The notes under the pieces are model-generated. The model did not search any database and was not told where the DNA came from. It saw nothing but the letters and a program-made list of their open reading frames with translations. The translations under genes and the position numbers were made by a program. A stretch of DNA of 64,000 nucleotides from Phoronis australis (taxonomy: Eukaryota > Animalia > Phoronida): assembly GCA_002633005.1 (NCBI GenBank), contig NMRA01000443.1, positions 272,361 to 336,360 on the forward strand, read 5' to 3'. This document shows, one piece after another, positions 1-35,439 of this stretch. The first letter of the stretch is position 1, and each line of letters starts with the position of its first letter.

Positions 1-2535
1 TAACCAAACTTGGTTGTTTTTTCATCTGAATACAGTTGCGGTATTTGTTTTTAATGAAAACTGTTGGTTAATGCATTTTGGAAATTTGCCAGTATGTACA
101 AGCAGAGGTGTTTACTACAGTTTGTGGTCGGGTAATTACACTTAGTTGGGTCTTGCTCGCACTGGACAATGCGGTCATCGCAACTGAGTCCGACTCTGGC
201 GCCGCGCTCTCTTTGATCCCGGTAAAAGCTGCTTAGAAGGACGAGCGGTGAAAACTCACGCATCTCTTTAGCAATGCGTGACTTTCGTGTAAGCGTATTA
301 TTCACGGCATGAACTTGCCATTTTTACACTGCGCACACCAGAGGATATGACGTCATACCACCTGCCACGCGTGGTGTTAAAAACAAAATTGAATGAAACA
401 TCTATATGTCTTCATTGAGTTATAATTAACACATGCCATGACTTTGGATAGAATTTAGACAACACAATTTGAACATATCCATGAAAATCTGTCGCGGTTC
501 ACTAGAGTTTCTCTCAGTGGGTGCCATTTTAAGGAAGTTATGTGAATTCATGCCTGTTGACGAACAAAAAGTCCATGGGTTCAAATCTTTTACAAATTTC
601 ACCTAATATCTCCTGTGTGCCAGCTATTTTGCAAGTGTCACGCGCCAGGTCACACAATTTGCTCAATCTGGCATTAGCCTTTGCCTTAACTCGCGGGACT
701 CAATTGAAATATTTTGTGGTTATGGCGTGCGTGGTGAAAAAGATTAAAAATTCTTTGCCATAGTCACCTTAATTCTCATAGCATGCTTCATTGAAGATAT
801 GTGTCGAAGCAGAAACGATCACTGAAGAAAATGAGCGCTTTTTTTAAGTGATAGTTTTTAAGTGTAGAATGTGCTTTTGACAAGGTGAAAACTCTTTAAT
901 AATCGGTGAGTGGATTTCGCCTACTGCCCATTTGAAATACATGTAGGACGACATTAGTACAGAAAGCTATGGGAAGTACTGTAAACCCCAACCTGCCAAC
1001 AGAAGGGCTACGTGTTGCCTAATATCAACGTATCTCATTGATTCCCATTCGACAATGTCATGGCATTGTGATTGAATGTCTGAATGAACTTATTAGTCTG
1101 ATAGGTGGATCCCACATTAAAAGTGATTTGAAAACTAGTTACTTGACTTCCACTGGCATTATTCAATGGGAGTTACAGCTGGTTTTCAAAATCAATTTTA
1201 AATCGAAAACACCTCGCCCAGGGCGCTAAGAAAATTCGTTCGGGAGGAGGGCGCTTATTATAGCCTAAGGCAGTTGAAACCCGATCTCCAAAACGGGTGA
1301 AATCGGAAGCTAGGATTCATCAGATTTACCCTCTGTGACATATCTGTAACCTATGACTTTCCACAAAATTGTGGCGCATTGCTATCAAACTTTGTTGTTA
1401 AATTACGATCCTTTTTCAGAAAACTCGCCAACTGATGCATCGCTATCTCGCAATCGTCGATAGGGCAACTTGAATTCTTGAATAAAAGTAGTTTCGACTC
1501 AACAAATTACCTGAAATCCTTAAGTTTTTCAAGTAGCATCCCTAAGATTTTTAAGGTCCTGTGGAATCAGAATTAACCGCAGATTAAGTCCAAATCTGTG
1601 CTAGATTGCACCCCGCAACACAAGAAAAATCTGAACGAACACACACATGATGTTGTCATGTGACATTTGTTTTGAAGTTCGTCAGCATGTGTGTGTGTGT
1701 GTGTGCCAAGTGAGCACAATTGGGTTCAGTGAAATCAGTTTGAGTGTACCCAAGATTGGTTGTTAATTGATCTTATAAATCCCTTGGGGAACCTGAAAAT
1801 GAATTCTTGGTTTTTCCATGACATGTTCATTTTGATGATAAAAGTTCATTTGAAATAATAACATGTTGCAAGCACGTGCGTGTCATTAGAGTTCATTTGC
1901 CAGTGAGTAGATAGCCTACATGTATGTAGGGCGCGCTTCCTGGTCACGTGCTTTTAACACTGGTCAAATTTTTTCACTAGTCTTCGATTAGCGGTTATCA
2001 CATGTACAAAGAAATCTGGATTCTTGTTGAGGGAAAAGATCTTTACGGGAAAGATACAATACAATCCCATTGACAAGTACTCTGTGTCTTTTCTGAAAGG
2101 CCTGACCATAGTTGGGACGTTCCTCACAAGATCAGCAAAACTTTTGCGTTCTTTTTGAAGCACTACAGAAGTTTGAAGTGTATAGTCATAGCTAAATACC
2201 GACATAGCGGCGAGGCTCGTGGTCTAGAAATTCCGTGCACAATGATTTTTTTCAGGACCATCGGATATTATTGTTTCATAAATTGAAGGCGTTACTGTAG
2301 AATTTTAGAACTGTAGGTAAGGCATTTTTCGCATGTATACGTCATGTTCATGGGCTGGACGCTTATTTTAGCGAGGTCTGAAAATGCGTGGGGGTGCTTA
2401 TAGGGGCATGGACGCTTATTAGGACGAATACGGTACTCGACTATTAGAGAATGAACTGAATTGCTATTCAAAATGATCTGATCATTAAATGCATTCACTC
2501 AAGAAATTATAAAAGCAGCTGTTACATGTATGTGA

Positions 2536-23531
<20,996 letters not shown>

Positions 23532-24818
23532 TAGGACAAGAATTATGCCTTACCAGAATGACCTTACAGGAAAATGTACATACAGTACTAACTTATGCAA
23601 TTTTAAAGGAGCTGAAAATATAGCATTTGGTAAAGCACTTTACAAGTGATGTGTGATAGGTCAAAGGTCATTCCTGAATGTTAAGTTCTGCTTAGAGCAG
23701 GTTGATTTTCTGATAAAAGGTATTGTAACTTCAGTGGCAACATGGCAGGGATAAAAGTGTTTTAAGGCAAACAAGAACTGTTTTGTTCAAGACGAATTCA
23801 GCCAATTGTTTCCTAGAAAACCTCCCACCTGGTGAATTTCAAGTTCACTTTTGTAGAGATCTTTTCAAGACATTAAACCTTGCTTGAGCTGAATACTTTT
23901 GTTTCACGAGTCTGCCAAAGGACCTGAACCACTGACTTAGCATGTTATGTTTACCAAACTGTTTGGGAATGATTTGAAGTTGTTGCATTATGTTGTGTAC
24001 ATACCGTAATATTCAGTTTGTCTGATTACATATCTCATCTGTCCGTCCTGATTCCCATGATTCATTGTTAATGGTTTTTGTGTATATATTGTTGGGTGTA
24101 ATCCAGTAATAAATTATTTACCAAGGATGTTTTCAACTCCACTTTTCTCCATGCATAGACAGTAGTACCATGAGTCTTATGTCAAAATATACAGAATATG
24201 CAGAATATACCATTTATAAATTGATTACAATCTGACATATTTCCAAAGTTTCCTATAGAATTACAAATGCTGATAGTAGCAGAGGTAATTATTACTTGAA
24301 ATGCCTACGAATTAAAAAGCGGTTCATGTACATTGTACATTCATTCAAAGGTATTAATGAATATGCCATTTTCACATCCACCACATAGAGTCTGTTTGTA
24401 CTCAACTCTTTTAAAATTTTCAAGAAAAAAATAAGTAATGTCAGCAATAAAATATATTTCTGTTGACTGATAATGTGTATGTTGCCAGCAGCAGTATATC
24501 TTGCATGACAAATCTTTGGAGTGAAAACATTTTGAAGTTCTTGGCTGCCAAACATGAAGAACAAAGTTCTAAGAATCTTTCCCCATTTTAAATAATATGC
24601 CAGAAAATCCACAAATCCTCTAAAACAAGGCCGTAACTCCTTCGATCTCTACAGTTAACCCACAGTATATACAACCAAGTCTAAACATACACAATAACTG
24701 CGAGTCCATCGTGTAACCCCTGCAATAGCATGTCTCTTAAGTTTCTGGGTAATGTTTTCATGGCAGCGCTACACCAGATACTAGAGATGAAGAATGTCAA
24801 TCTTTTGCCATAAATGCA

Positions 24819-27800
24819 CTACGCTGTTTGTTCAGAAGGGTACCCTTCAGCGACCTGTCCTTGACCTTTGTTGACATCACTCACACACACCCACTGTCCC
24901 TCTAAAGATTCCTTCCATAAGCTAACCTGGAAAAGTAATGCAGCTCTGTGAATAAAACACCTGGATTTTACACACCTCGCACATCCTGAAGGACCTGGCA
25001 CATGATATTGCACAATAAGTTCATTTTCATAAACAGTAAAATTGTGCAACTGCACATTGAGAAACTGTTTTTGCCCAAAATCACAGTATTTCAAAAACAT
25101 TGATTAAGAGTTCGCGTAATAGCAGTAAGGAATTTTAAAAAGTATAAATGTATCAACAAAACATGCTCACTTCAAAAACGATAAGATTTTAAACTTTGAT
25201 AGGAAACACGTGGGGTTTTTGCTCACCTTGTTATCACCACCAGAGACCGCTAGTATATTGCCAGTAATGGACCAACTGACATGCCAGACAACATCGTTGA
25301 ATTTGTGTAAAACTTTTGATGACCATGCATCATTTGTACCATCGTTGGTCCAGATTATAACTCGACAGTCCTGAAAATAAAATCCAAATACCTGTCAAGC
25401 AAATGGACAGTTCACACACTAGAATTCTACAAGACAACAAACGTCAAAAAATAGCAATATTATTATCACGGAGTCATTTTGAAAGGAAACGTGGGTTAAC
25501 AAGTTAACATCTCTGGTTGCTTTTAACTAAATTCACAACAACAGGTTCTCAATGAGCATATCTCTTATGGTTCACTTTATTATGACTTGTTACATAACGT
25601 TTAATGCACAATTTGTTTAAACAGTAACTTTGAGCCATAGCATAAACCATGCCAATGAATTTTCTTTGCTTTTCCAAGGTTTATTATACGTAACAGCATA
25701 AATAGTTGGGGGCAGTTTAATGTGTTAATCAAACATGCACAGGGTTTTCAATTGCACTGAGATGTCACTCAATGTCACCCAAAGTCCATAAACTGCTCGT
25801 TTATTGATTAATTTAGGCACAATTGACTTTCCAACTGGCTACGAAAAAACATTTTATTTCACGCACTATTTATAATTTGAAATATCTGGTATTTTGGTCA
25901 TGGTCGACACCCTCACTGCAAGGGTGTGAAAGTTGAGTGCAGTCAATAAATACCGCTGTATATGAATTGCTCACCTGAGAACAGCTAGCTATTGTGTTTT
26001 TGGGCAGGCCAATAGATGGCGCCCACGCCACATCCCTCACCCAGTCACTGTGAGCCTCTAGTTTCTTGTCTTCTACCCATTCGCCATTCTCCTCCCTGGA
26101 GAGAGAAGAAAGTAAAAGGAATGAGTTCAAAAAGAACGATTTGGTTAGATGAGATTACGTAAGATCACGTGATTGAAACAAACGATACTACCTTTCACAA
26201 TATGCTTGCAAATTTACGAGCATATGCTAGCAAAATTTCCGTCACCAAAAGTGATAAGACATCCACTCCGGAATGTTAAATTGTAGGAGCAAACGATAGA
26301 TCAACTTAATACTCAGTATTGACCATTTCAATTATATTGGCCAATAGTTTCTGCAGCAGGTGTCTAGTACATGATTAAATTTACTGAGAACGCTATCAAG
26401 TCTTTATAGTAAAATATATTCAGCTGTAGACAGCAAATAAAATCAGAGAGTACTTCTTCACTGACATGTCCGATGGAGCATCTTTCAAATACATTACACA
26501 GGGATGTTCAAAACACGACATGTCTGATGAAGCACCTTCCAAACACATTTCACGGGGACACGACTTACCTCCATATTTTAATTAAGTTGTCACATCCACC
26601 GGAGACGAACCTTTTAACAGGTTGTGACTTAACACTGCCAGTCTGTTCTAGTAATGAGTTAGGTGTAATTGCCGGAGCCCATGACACGGCGTTACAACCA
26701 ATCTGGAAAGCAATCCAAAGTTACAAATCTGAAGCAACAATTGTTTCATTGCTCATAACAAGAAATGTATTCCCTCTCACGGTTTGACTTACAGCATGAG
26801 TCATGAAATTAGCATCAACAGTAAGCACATGTAAAATATCTACTCTCAAAGACATAAATTAATTTCCACACAAAGCTAATGATGTTAAGCTGAACTCGTT
26901 AACTTAAAAAACTTATCATGTCGACAATCAGCCTAAAACATGACCTACAAATATGATGGTTCTCAAAAGATGGCATTGCATCAGTCTTGGACAGAACCCC
27001 TTTCATGTTGAACAAGTGTATATGTGTAATTGACTTTCTGGGTATAACGTTAGCTGCTTTAATTATGCCTTCCATCAATAAGCTAGTAAATTCTTTAGGT
27101 CACTTTTATAAACCTGCTTTTACTCAGATTAGAGGTGATTTGTGGCCAAACGAGATGTAACTTTTAACAGCAGGTCAATCTGTGCACCGAGCACGGCACA
27201 AAGCAACGCATCGTCAGTTTTGTGGCACAAAGCAATGCATCGTCAGTTTTGTCCAAGGCCACAGCTCACTTGCCACCTGAGTAAGCAATACTTTTCTGTG
27301 TCCAGTGTTATAGCAGTACGTGGACGGTGTAAAACAAAAGCTGGTTACTTTGACAGAAGGCAAGTTTACAGCAGTTTCAAATGCACGGAAAGAATCTAAA
27401 AAACTACTGCAATCTTAAATTACAAAATCTGAGTCAGAAAACATAGTCATTAATCAACTTAAAACACATTTCTGGGTAATACTGAATCCGTTTTAACTAA
27501 TTCGTATTTACAAGCAATGAGTGCAATCGGTGTCCGAGGTTGGAGTTCAAATCCAGGTTCTGTAAGCAGCAGGCACAGTCAATTCAATACTTACTGTGTG
27601 TGCATTGTTTATCTTTTTACTGTCCCATGTGCCATCAGCTGAACTGCTTATTATTGATATAGCACCGTCTGAACTGCCACATGCCAACACTAGGCCAAAG
27701 TCATGAGGTGCCCACGATACAGAGTTAACTGGAAAAGTAGATCAGTCATCGATACAGAATGAACATTAACTCACACTAAACGCATTTTGTGTACAGTGAT

Positions 27801-30720
27801 TTTGAAATTAGACATCAATTTGGTTGTAATTCTTTGTAGGAACATAAGCAAAATAAACGTTATGGAACCCTACAAACTACCCACATTCCTCAACTCATAT
27901 ACTATACACACAGCAATATTTTGATGCATTGCCTGATGAAAGTGCTGAAAATAGAATCAGAGCTCAGTTAAAGCCCGGTTAACAAGGACAGGTCAAAGGT
28001 CGTGTCTGTACGAAACACCTGACATTATGTAACTTATACCCCTGTAACACGGGAGGTGCAGTGCCACTGCATTGCTTGTACAGCATAAACCACAGTGGCA
28101 CTGCCATGATCGTCGTGGTTCCGCACTGGTTCCGCCATTGATCGCCGTAGCACCGCGGAAAACTGTCAAAGCCCCGGACCTTCGTGGTGACATTGCAGAA
28201 ACTTTGATCATGTTCAAAACTTCCGCAGTGCCACCACGGGTTGAGCCAATCCTCAGTGGGATCACCGCGACACTGTCATGACTGCCATGGCACAGTACAA
28301 GGATCGCAGTAGCACCTCCATCACCGCCGTGCTTCTGCAGTACAATCGCCGTGCAATTGCAGAAAACGTGGACTGGCAACCCAACGGCGATCCCATGGCA
28401 CGAACAAAAACTATGAAACACTGTTGGCGGTGTCACAACGGTGATGGCGCTTTTGACCAAAAACCATAGTGGCACCGCACCTCTGGTGTGACGGGGGTAT
28501 ATCATTAGTGGATACGCCTTCAATATACAACCACGTCTGACAATTTGGGGATGAATAAAGTGTCTCTCTAACTGACCTGATGAATCATGGTTACTGTACT
28601 CGTACAATTTCCCCCACGTTCCATTAGACTCCTTCCATATTATCACCTTCCTGTCATAGCCACAGGAGGCCAGTATGTTCCCATACATGGGGTGGGCCCA
28701 GGAAACTTGCCAGACAGGACCCTCATGGCTGGAAGTAAGAGAAGGCACGGTATCAGCAATCATGTGGTTTGTAAGCTCCATACAAAAAGCAAAACTTTTG
28801 ATTGGGACTACATAGGGCTATAACAATGGTCTAAACTAGTTTTTTACTCAGATGCAAAGTGGTCTCTGGGTTTGTAATGTAAAGCACAGACAGTTTGTTA
28901 ATGCTCAAGAGCATGCTTGTTGCATACAATGGCATGACGTGGAAAGCCAACTTGTAGAGCCTAGAATTTTGAAACTGTGAAAGCACCTCTTATTTGACTA
29001 AGAAAAAAATTGAGGCCAATTCCATAATGGTAAGAGACCAAAATCAAACATGGCTTACTATTCTGAGGGTAGACCTTGTAAAACTTAATTTTGGACTTTA
29101 CCTCAGTCGTTCGTTGCAATACACAACTATTAATCTGTACCAAAACTTACCAATAAGAAAGTATGTAATAGTACGTTCATAGTAAACACAGTATCATTAA
29201 TATGACATTTCTTTTCATATAAATATTCAAGGTGAAATCACAAAAACACTGTCGCAGTATTCTAATTTCTGTTTGATCATATTCACTTTCCTCACAAAAG
29301 ACATAAATGACCCAATTGTCAACAGCACTTTCAGCAAAACGAAGCCTTTTAAGGCAATTCGGTGTTTTGGAGAAAAGCGCATGTATCATAATGTTGAAAA
29401 GTTTCATTTCTATGATGTGATCCAAGTTCAAAGGTTAACCAGATTTCAACACTGCTCAAGGTTACTCATTGTCTTAAGTCTCTCGTAGCCTTTGAAAATA
29501 ATGAAAATGAAAGCTTAGAAGAAAACAATTAATTTTTAAGCCAAATAAGTGGAGAATTACCCTACTAAACACTGAAAAAGTTAATTTGTAAAACATTCAT
29601 GCATTCGCTGAAAACATTTTACAAAGTTTTACACAACAATCATCAAAGTCATTCAATAACAGATTTAACCGGTTCAGTAACAAATGCATAACTGCTGCAA
29701 TGCAGCAGCAACTAAATTGAAAAAAACAAACTCGCTGCTCCTGAAGCAAGTTGTGTGTGTGTAGGTAATTTTTTGTGAATATGAAATCCCATGTGAAGAT
29801 AGGTCATCATACAACAGAGTACAGCATTAACCCCTCAGAGCAGTTGGGAACTAGACAGTGACCATTAACACAACTAACCAGCAGCACAAACCTTTGTAGA
29901 TTAGCAATCAAATTCTGTTGGCCATTCCGTACATCGAATATTTTTACAGATCTGTCCGAGGAGCATGTTGCCAGCTTGATACCGTAGTAGTCCACTTGGG
30001 CATCATGCTGAAGGGTAAAGAGAGAGTGAAGAATTGTACAAGACAGATGAAAACTGACACCAGGGGTATGATTAAAAAAAATCTACTGATCTAAGTCAGA
30101 AATTTCACCAGTGTTACATTCCACATAACTATTTCTGAAAACTTGTTAAAATTTCACTTTAGCAAATGTAACCTCTGAGAATTTTCATATATAAATCCCA
30201 GTTCCTGACATGATTCTAGGATGTGATGTGCTGATTATTTTTTAGCAATAGCAAGCTAGCAGCTTAAGACCAAATATTTGAATTCAGTCTTAAGTCACTT
30301 TTCATGAAACAGAGTGAGACCCCAGAATAAAGTGAGAAGCATTGAAATGGAACAAACCAAGTTTCAGAGTGTACAGACTGATAACTCCACCTGGTGTCCA
30401 ATCAGAGTAAACCCATTTCTACTTAAACTGCTCTAAACACATAAAACGACCTGTCAATTCAGCCTGCTGAGTACGGCAACACAGAAAATGACAGTTCCTT
30501 CTCAACTTCAGACATCCCATTCCACCTGAGTAAGATACAAGAAGTAGCTTAAATCAAAGCTGTATAGCAACCTAACATTCAGATGTTATTAATAACAAGC
30601 CAACACACTCTTGCCTGTTGACATCTTGGTTAACTTTAAACCAAAAGAAGAGCAACATCACAAAGTTAAACTTACGATCATGTCCTCGTGGGCTGTGTCC
30701 ACAGTGTTCAACACAGACAC
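24819..30720 (-). CDS. SEC13: Protein SEC13 homolog (WD40 propeller; COPII coat / nuclear pore Y-complex / GATOR2); 8 exons found, ATG micro-exon not located
   Basis: Minus-strand exons with GT-AG: 30720-30676 ([15 protein letters not shown]), 30007-29892 ([26 protein letters not shown]), 28728-28577 ([33 protein letters not shown]), 27728-27595, 26702-26569, 26095-25975 ([21 protein letters not shown]), 25370-25227, 24926-24819 ([26 protein letters not shown]). Total 954 nt, in frame. Confidence 0.97.
28035..28501. mobile_element. MITE with ~34-bp imperfect TIRs in a SEC13 intron
   Basis: TATACCCCTGTAACACGGGAGGTGCAGTGCCACT ... AGTGGCACCGCACCTCTGGTGTGACGGGGGTATA; TA-type flanks; GC-rich interior. 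Confidence 0.8.
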
Positions 30721-30730
30721 CTACAATGAG

Positions 30731-33700
30731 AAGAGTTATTCGGTCATGAACATGAGTACATGTAGGTGTAACCTCACATTTTGTGAATTTTAGGAATTTG
30801 AGATGAATCATAAGCACATGCAAGTCCTTTAAACCACTGATAGATGTTGGTTATTGCTGATTGAACTGTTTAAAAACCCAATGCTGAGAGTGAGACTCTA
30901 CTGTGTCAGTACGGTAAGTGATTCTGCGGTCTAAGTTTGAGTCAGGGTGTGCATTTGGATGACCTGGACGCCCGTAAGATGAAGACAAGCCTATCCTCAT
31001 TTTTTGGAGCTGCAATACAGCTACCTTATCGGCAAGCATTACTGGTCCAGTTCAGCTGGTAAGTACTATACAAGCAGTGCAATAATCTATTGTGCCAAGT
31101 ATGTAGGCAGATTTTGTGCAAATTATCAGATCATCCTTCATACTAAGTTACAAATTGTGCTGCATGTCTACTCTGCATTTGTTTATCTAAGTAATAAAAG
31201 AAGGTACTGCAGATACACTGTTCTACCGATTGTCACAAATACTCGTTGACTTTGGTAAGCAATGCAAGTTTCTTGCCATGAAACCTCTTTCTCTCCTCAT
31301 TCATAAACACTCGTGTACATAATACATTCCGTGAAAGTCGTGTTACTATAAATACCTTACGAGTATAGGGGGACACCTCTGCAGTATTGAAGGTGTGTTA
31401 AATCATTATAATTCAAACAGATCATCTGACAATCACGATTTTTCTCTCACATCGCCTCACTGCTGTTGGCGTCATTCTGCCGATGAAACTGGATAATAGT
31501 CAGATAGGTGGCTCCCTGGTTAAACAGAACCAGCTGCTCCCACTGCATCAGGGACTCACCTATCCGACTGTTACCCGAAACTGACACCCATTGCCTCCAG
31601 TGACAGTGTAGAAACCTGTGGCTACAGAGGGTTATGGGAAGGGAACCTGTGTCACAGGTTCCCTTCCCATAATCCTCTGTCACACTCACAGGCTGTGACT
31701 GTGTCTCAGCTGTATTGAGATGTGCCAGCATTCACAGAGGTCTTTCTATTCTACACCACAGGTACCAGATGGCAGCTGCATGGAGATGTGCCAGCATTCA
31801 CAGAGGTCTTTCTATTCTATACCACAGGTACCAGATGGCGGGTGCATGGAAAGCTGAGAAAAGTACTTTCACAACAACAAGCTCTGAAGCTGGCAGACAA
31901 GCACTCAGAGAAAATTGTCTAGAACAGTCAAAGGTTGAGAAATGGTCATTCAAGATTTCTTTTGAAATCTCTAGTAGGAACCAGTGTTTCACTCTCTGAA
32001 CCTTAGTCTTCGAACAGAAAGCTTCGAATCTTAGTAACACTTTACCATTGTTTAGTAAGGCCTAAAAGGCTAAATGAGCGCGACAGAAATGAGGAACTCA
32101 GAAAGTCAACCTGAGGCTGACTCTGAGTGAAAAACCCATCCATCCAAGCACCCATGTTCAAAGTCCAACCATCATAAATTTTCAAGTTTTTAAGCCAAGA
32201 CCTAGGTATGTGTATGATTGCGTAACTCAACAATAATACAACCCACAACCTACCATGATCTCTGTTTAAATAATATGACAACAGCGTTCAAAGCCGACCG
32301 GCTTGCTGATGCAGTAATGGCGGACGTGGCAGCGTAGTTCCTACAGCGATTCCAGGTGGCGCAACAAGAGTTACAGTTACTTTTCTTCTCAAGAGACGGC
32401 ACTCCACTGCTTGAATCATGTGGATGGAAGGTTGGTGTTCAGTGCACTTGTTTATCGGGTGTAGAAAACATGTATGTAAAAAAAAACACACAAATTTGGC
32501 GCACAAGGCATTCGGAGCACTGAGATATAACTGTTATGGTATTTTGAACTATTGAAAAATGTTCAAATTTGGTAAACTTCGGAACCCAGCCTAAAAATGG
32601 GGCACTCTCAGTCCGGAATTTTTAGAGAGTGGTCCTTTCACTAAGATTCATGAAGTACTTTCAGAGCTAGTGTGCGTTCCCCGAATTTTGTTAATTCTAG
32701 TGCCTTTGAGTGGACTTGTATCTCGTTTTCTACTTTTTGGGGAGTTTTTGTTTCTCTGAGGCGGACCTTTTTCCCCACTTCCCCAACTTGATCCCGCCGC
32801 GGCGACGCTCGGCGTTCGAGCCCCCGAACCCCCCGTCATTGTGGGTGCNAAAGTTATGAGGACATGAACACATGTACATGTAGGTGTAACCTCACATAGT
32901 ATGAATGGTAGGAATTTGATATGAATCATAAGCACATGCAAGTCCTTTATACCACTGATAGATGTTTGTTATTGCTGATTGAACTGTCTAAAAACCAAAT
33001 GCTGAGAGTGAGACTCTACTGTGTCAGTAAGAGATACTCCCAGGTCTGTGATTTACTGCCGTAAGCTTGCGGTCTAAGTTTGAGTCAGGGTGTGCATTTG
33101 GATGACCTGGACACCCATAAGATGAAGACAAACCTATCCTCGTTTTTTGGAGCTGCAATACAAGTACCTTATCGACAAGCTTTACTGGTCAATTTCAGCT
33201 GGTAAGTACTACACAGGCAGTGCAATAATCTATTGTACCAAGTATGTGGGCAGATTTTGTGCAAATTACCAGATCATGCTTCATACTAAATTAGAAATTG
33301 TGCTGCATGTCTACTCTGCGTTTGTTTATCTAAGTAAAAAGAAGGTACTGTAGATGCGCTGTTATACCAATTGTCACAAATACTCGTTGACTTTGGTAAG
33401 TAATGCAAGTTTCTTGCCATGAAAGCTCTTTCTCTCCTCATTCATAAACACTCGTGTGCATAATACATTCCACGAAAGTCGTGTTACTATAAATACCTTA
33501 CGAGTATAGGGGGACACCTCTGCAGTATTGAAGGTTATGTTAAATCATTAGAATTCAAACAGATCATCTGACAATCACGATTTTTCTCTCACATCCCCTC
33601 ACTGCTGTTGGCGTCATTCTGCCGATGAAACTGGATAATAGTCAGATAGGTGGCTCCCTGGTTAAACAGTGATTTGAGAACCAGCTGCTCCCACTTTATC

Positions 33701-35132
33701 AGGGACTCATCTATCCGACTGTTACCCGAAACTGACCCCATTGCCTCCAGTGACAGTGTAGAAACCTGTGGCTACAGAGGGTTATGGGAAGGGAACCTGT
33801 GTCACAGGTTCCCTTCCCATAATCCTCTGTCACAGGCTGTGACTGTGTCTCAGCTGTATGGAGATGTGCCAGCATTCACAGAGGTCTTTCTAGTCTACAC
33901 CACAGGTACCAGATGGCAGCTGCATGGAGATATGCCAGCACTCACAGAGGTCTTTCTAGTCTACACCACAGGTACCAGATGGCAGCTGCATGGAGATGTG
34001 CCAGCATTCACAGAGGTCTTTCTATTCTATACCACAGGTACCAGATGGCGGGTGCATGGAAAGCTGAGAAAAGTACTTCCACAACAACAAACTCTGAACT
34101 GAAGCTGGCAGACAAGCACTCAGAAAATTGTCTAGAACAAGGGTTGAGAAATGGTCATTCAAGATTTCTTTTGAAATCTCTAGTAGGAACCAGTGTTTCA
34201 CTCTCTGGACCTTTGTCTTCAAACAGAAAGTTTCGAATCTTAGTAACACTTCACCATTGTTTAGTAAGGCCTAAAAGGCTAAATGAGCGCGACAGAAATG
34301 AGAAAGTCAATCTGACGACTCTGAGTGAAAAACCCATCCATCCAAGCACCCATGTTCAAAGTCCAACCATCATAAATTTTCAAGTTTTTAAGCCGATAAC
34401 TAGATATGTGTATGAATGCGTAACTCAACAATAATACAACCCACAACCTACCATGATCTCTATTTAAATAATAATATGACAACAGCGTTCAAAGCCGACC
34501 GGCTTGCTGATGCAGTAATGGCGGACGTGGCAGCGTAGTTCCTAGAGCGATTCCAGGTGGCGCAACAAGAGTTACAGTTACTATTCTTCTCAAGAGACGG
34601 CACTGAAAGTAAGTTAGTGAGAAGAGGCCTTGGGTAAGGTATCTGACAATAAACTATAGCTCATTGGTATCTGAATGATGCAACTCCACTGGTTGAATAC
34701 ATCAGTAACGAACAGTTTTGGAGTAGCTGCAATCGAATGTGAATGGATGTTGTGTTTTTGCACTTGCCGTTTATCGGGTGTAGAAAACATGTATGTAAAA
34801 AAAACACAAATTTGGCGCGGCATTCGGAGCACTGAGATATAACTGTTATGGTATTTTGAACTATTGAAAAATGTCCAAATTTGGAAAACTTCGGAACCCA
34901 GCCTAAAAATGGGGCACTCGAATTTTGAGAGAGTGGTCCTTTTACTAAGATTCATGGAGTACTTTCAGAGCTAATGTGCGTTCCCTGAATTTTGTTAATT
35001 CTAGTGCCTTTAGTGAACTTGTATCTCGTTTTCTACTTTTTGGGGAGTTTTTAATTGTTTCTCTGAGGCAGACCTTTTTTCCCACTTCCCCAAATTGAGG
35101 CTCGTTCGAGCCCCCGAACCCCCCGTGGGTGC
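30731..35132. repeat. ~2.1/2.3-kb tandem duplicate with N at junction (haplotype pair or local duplication)
   Basis: 30731-32848 vs 32850-35132 are colinear with SNPs and indels; N at 32849. Confidence 0.8.
33858..34060 (+). repeat. 66-bp tandem repeat (3 copies here, 2 copies at ~31717-31850)
   Basis: Unit GGAGATGTGCCAGCATTCACAGAGGTCTTTCTA(G/T)TCTACACCACAGGTACCAGATGGCAGCTGCAT. Confidence 0.9.
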
Positions 35133-35439
35133 CTGCCCCTATGGATAGGCCTATGGTTCATACACTAATCTTCTATTTGTTCATAAAATGTCCACTTTGC
35201 ACTCAGCCGAGTGTCTATCTGTGAATAGGGCAGTAGTATTCCTGAAAAAATCTGACGTTGCATAAAACAAAAACGAAAGGACATTGCAGAAAACTGTAAA
35301 GCACTTTTGACATCTCATTTTCAGGATTTATATAAAATCAAATTTGATCACTATATGAGACAATGATGATGCTGGTATTTTTACAAAAAAGACATAGTCA
35401 AGTGACCCAATTGTTATAAAGTTACAAAAAGGTATGCTC

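Noticed and set aside
977-2435. Single TA-flanked DNA transposon (TACTGTAAA ... AATACGGTA)
   Set aside because: The right end looks like a transposon terminus with GCTTATT repeats, but the left end matches too weakly to define an element.
27993-28781. 262-aa minus-strand ORF as a novel protein
   Set aside because: It is one SEC13 exon read through its donor into intron and GC-rich MITE sequence.
33650-34434. Overlapping 150- and 173-aa ORFs as an intact gene
   Set aside because: Kept open by the 66-bp repeat and broken in the sister copy at 31.5-32.0 kb.
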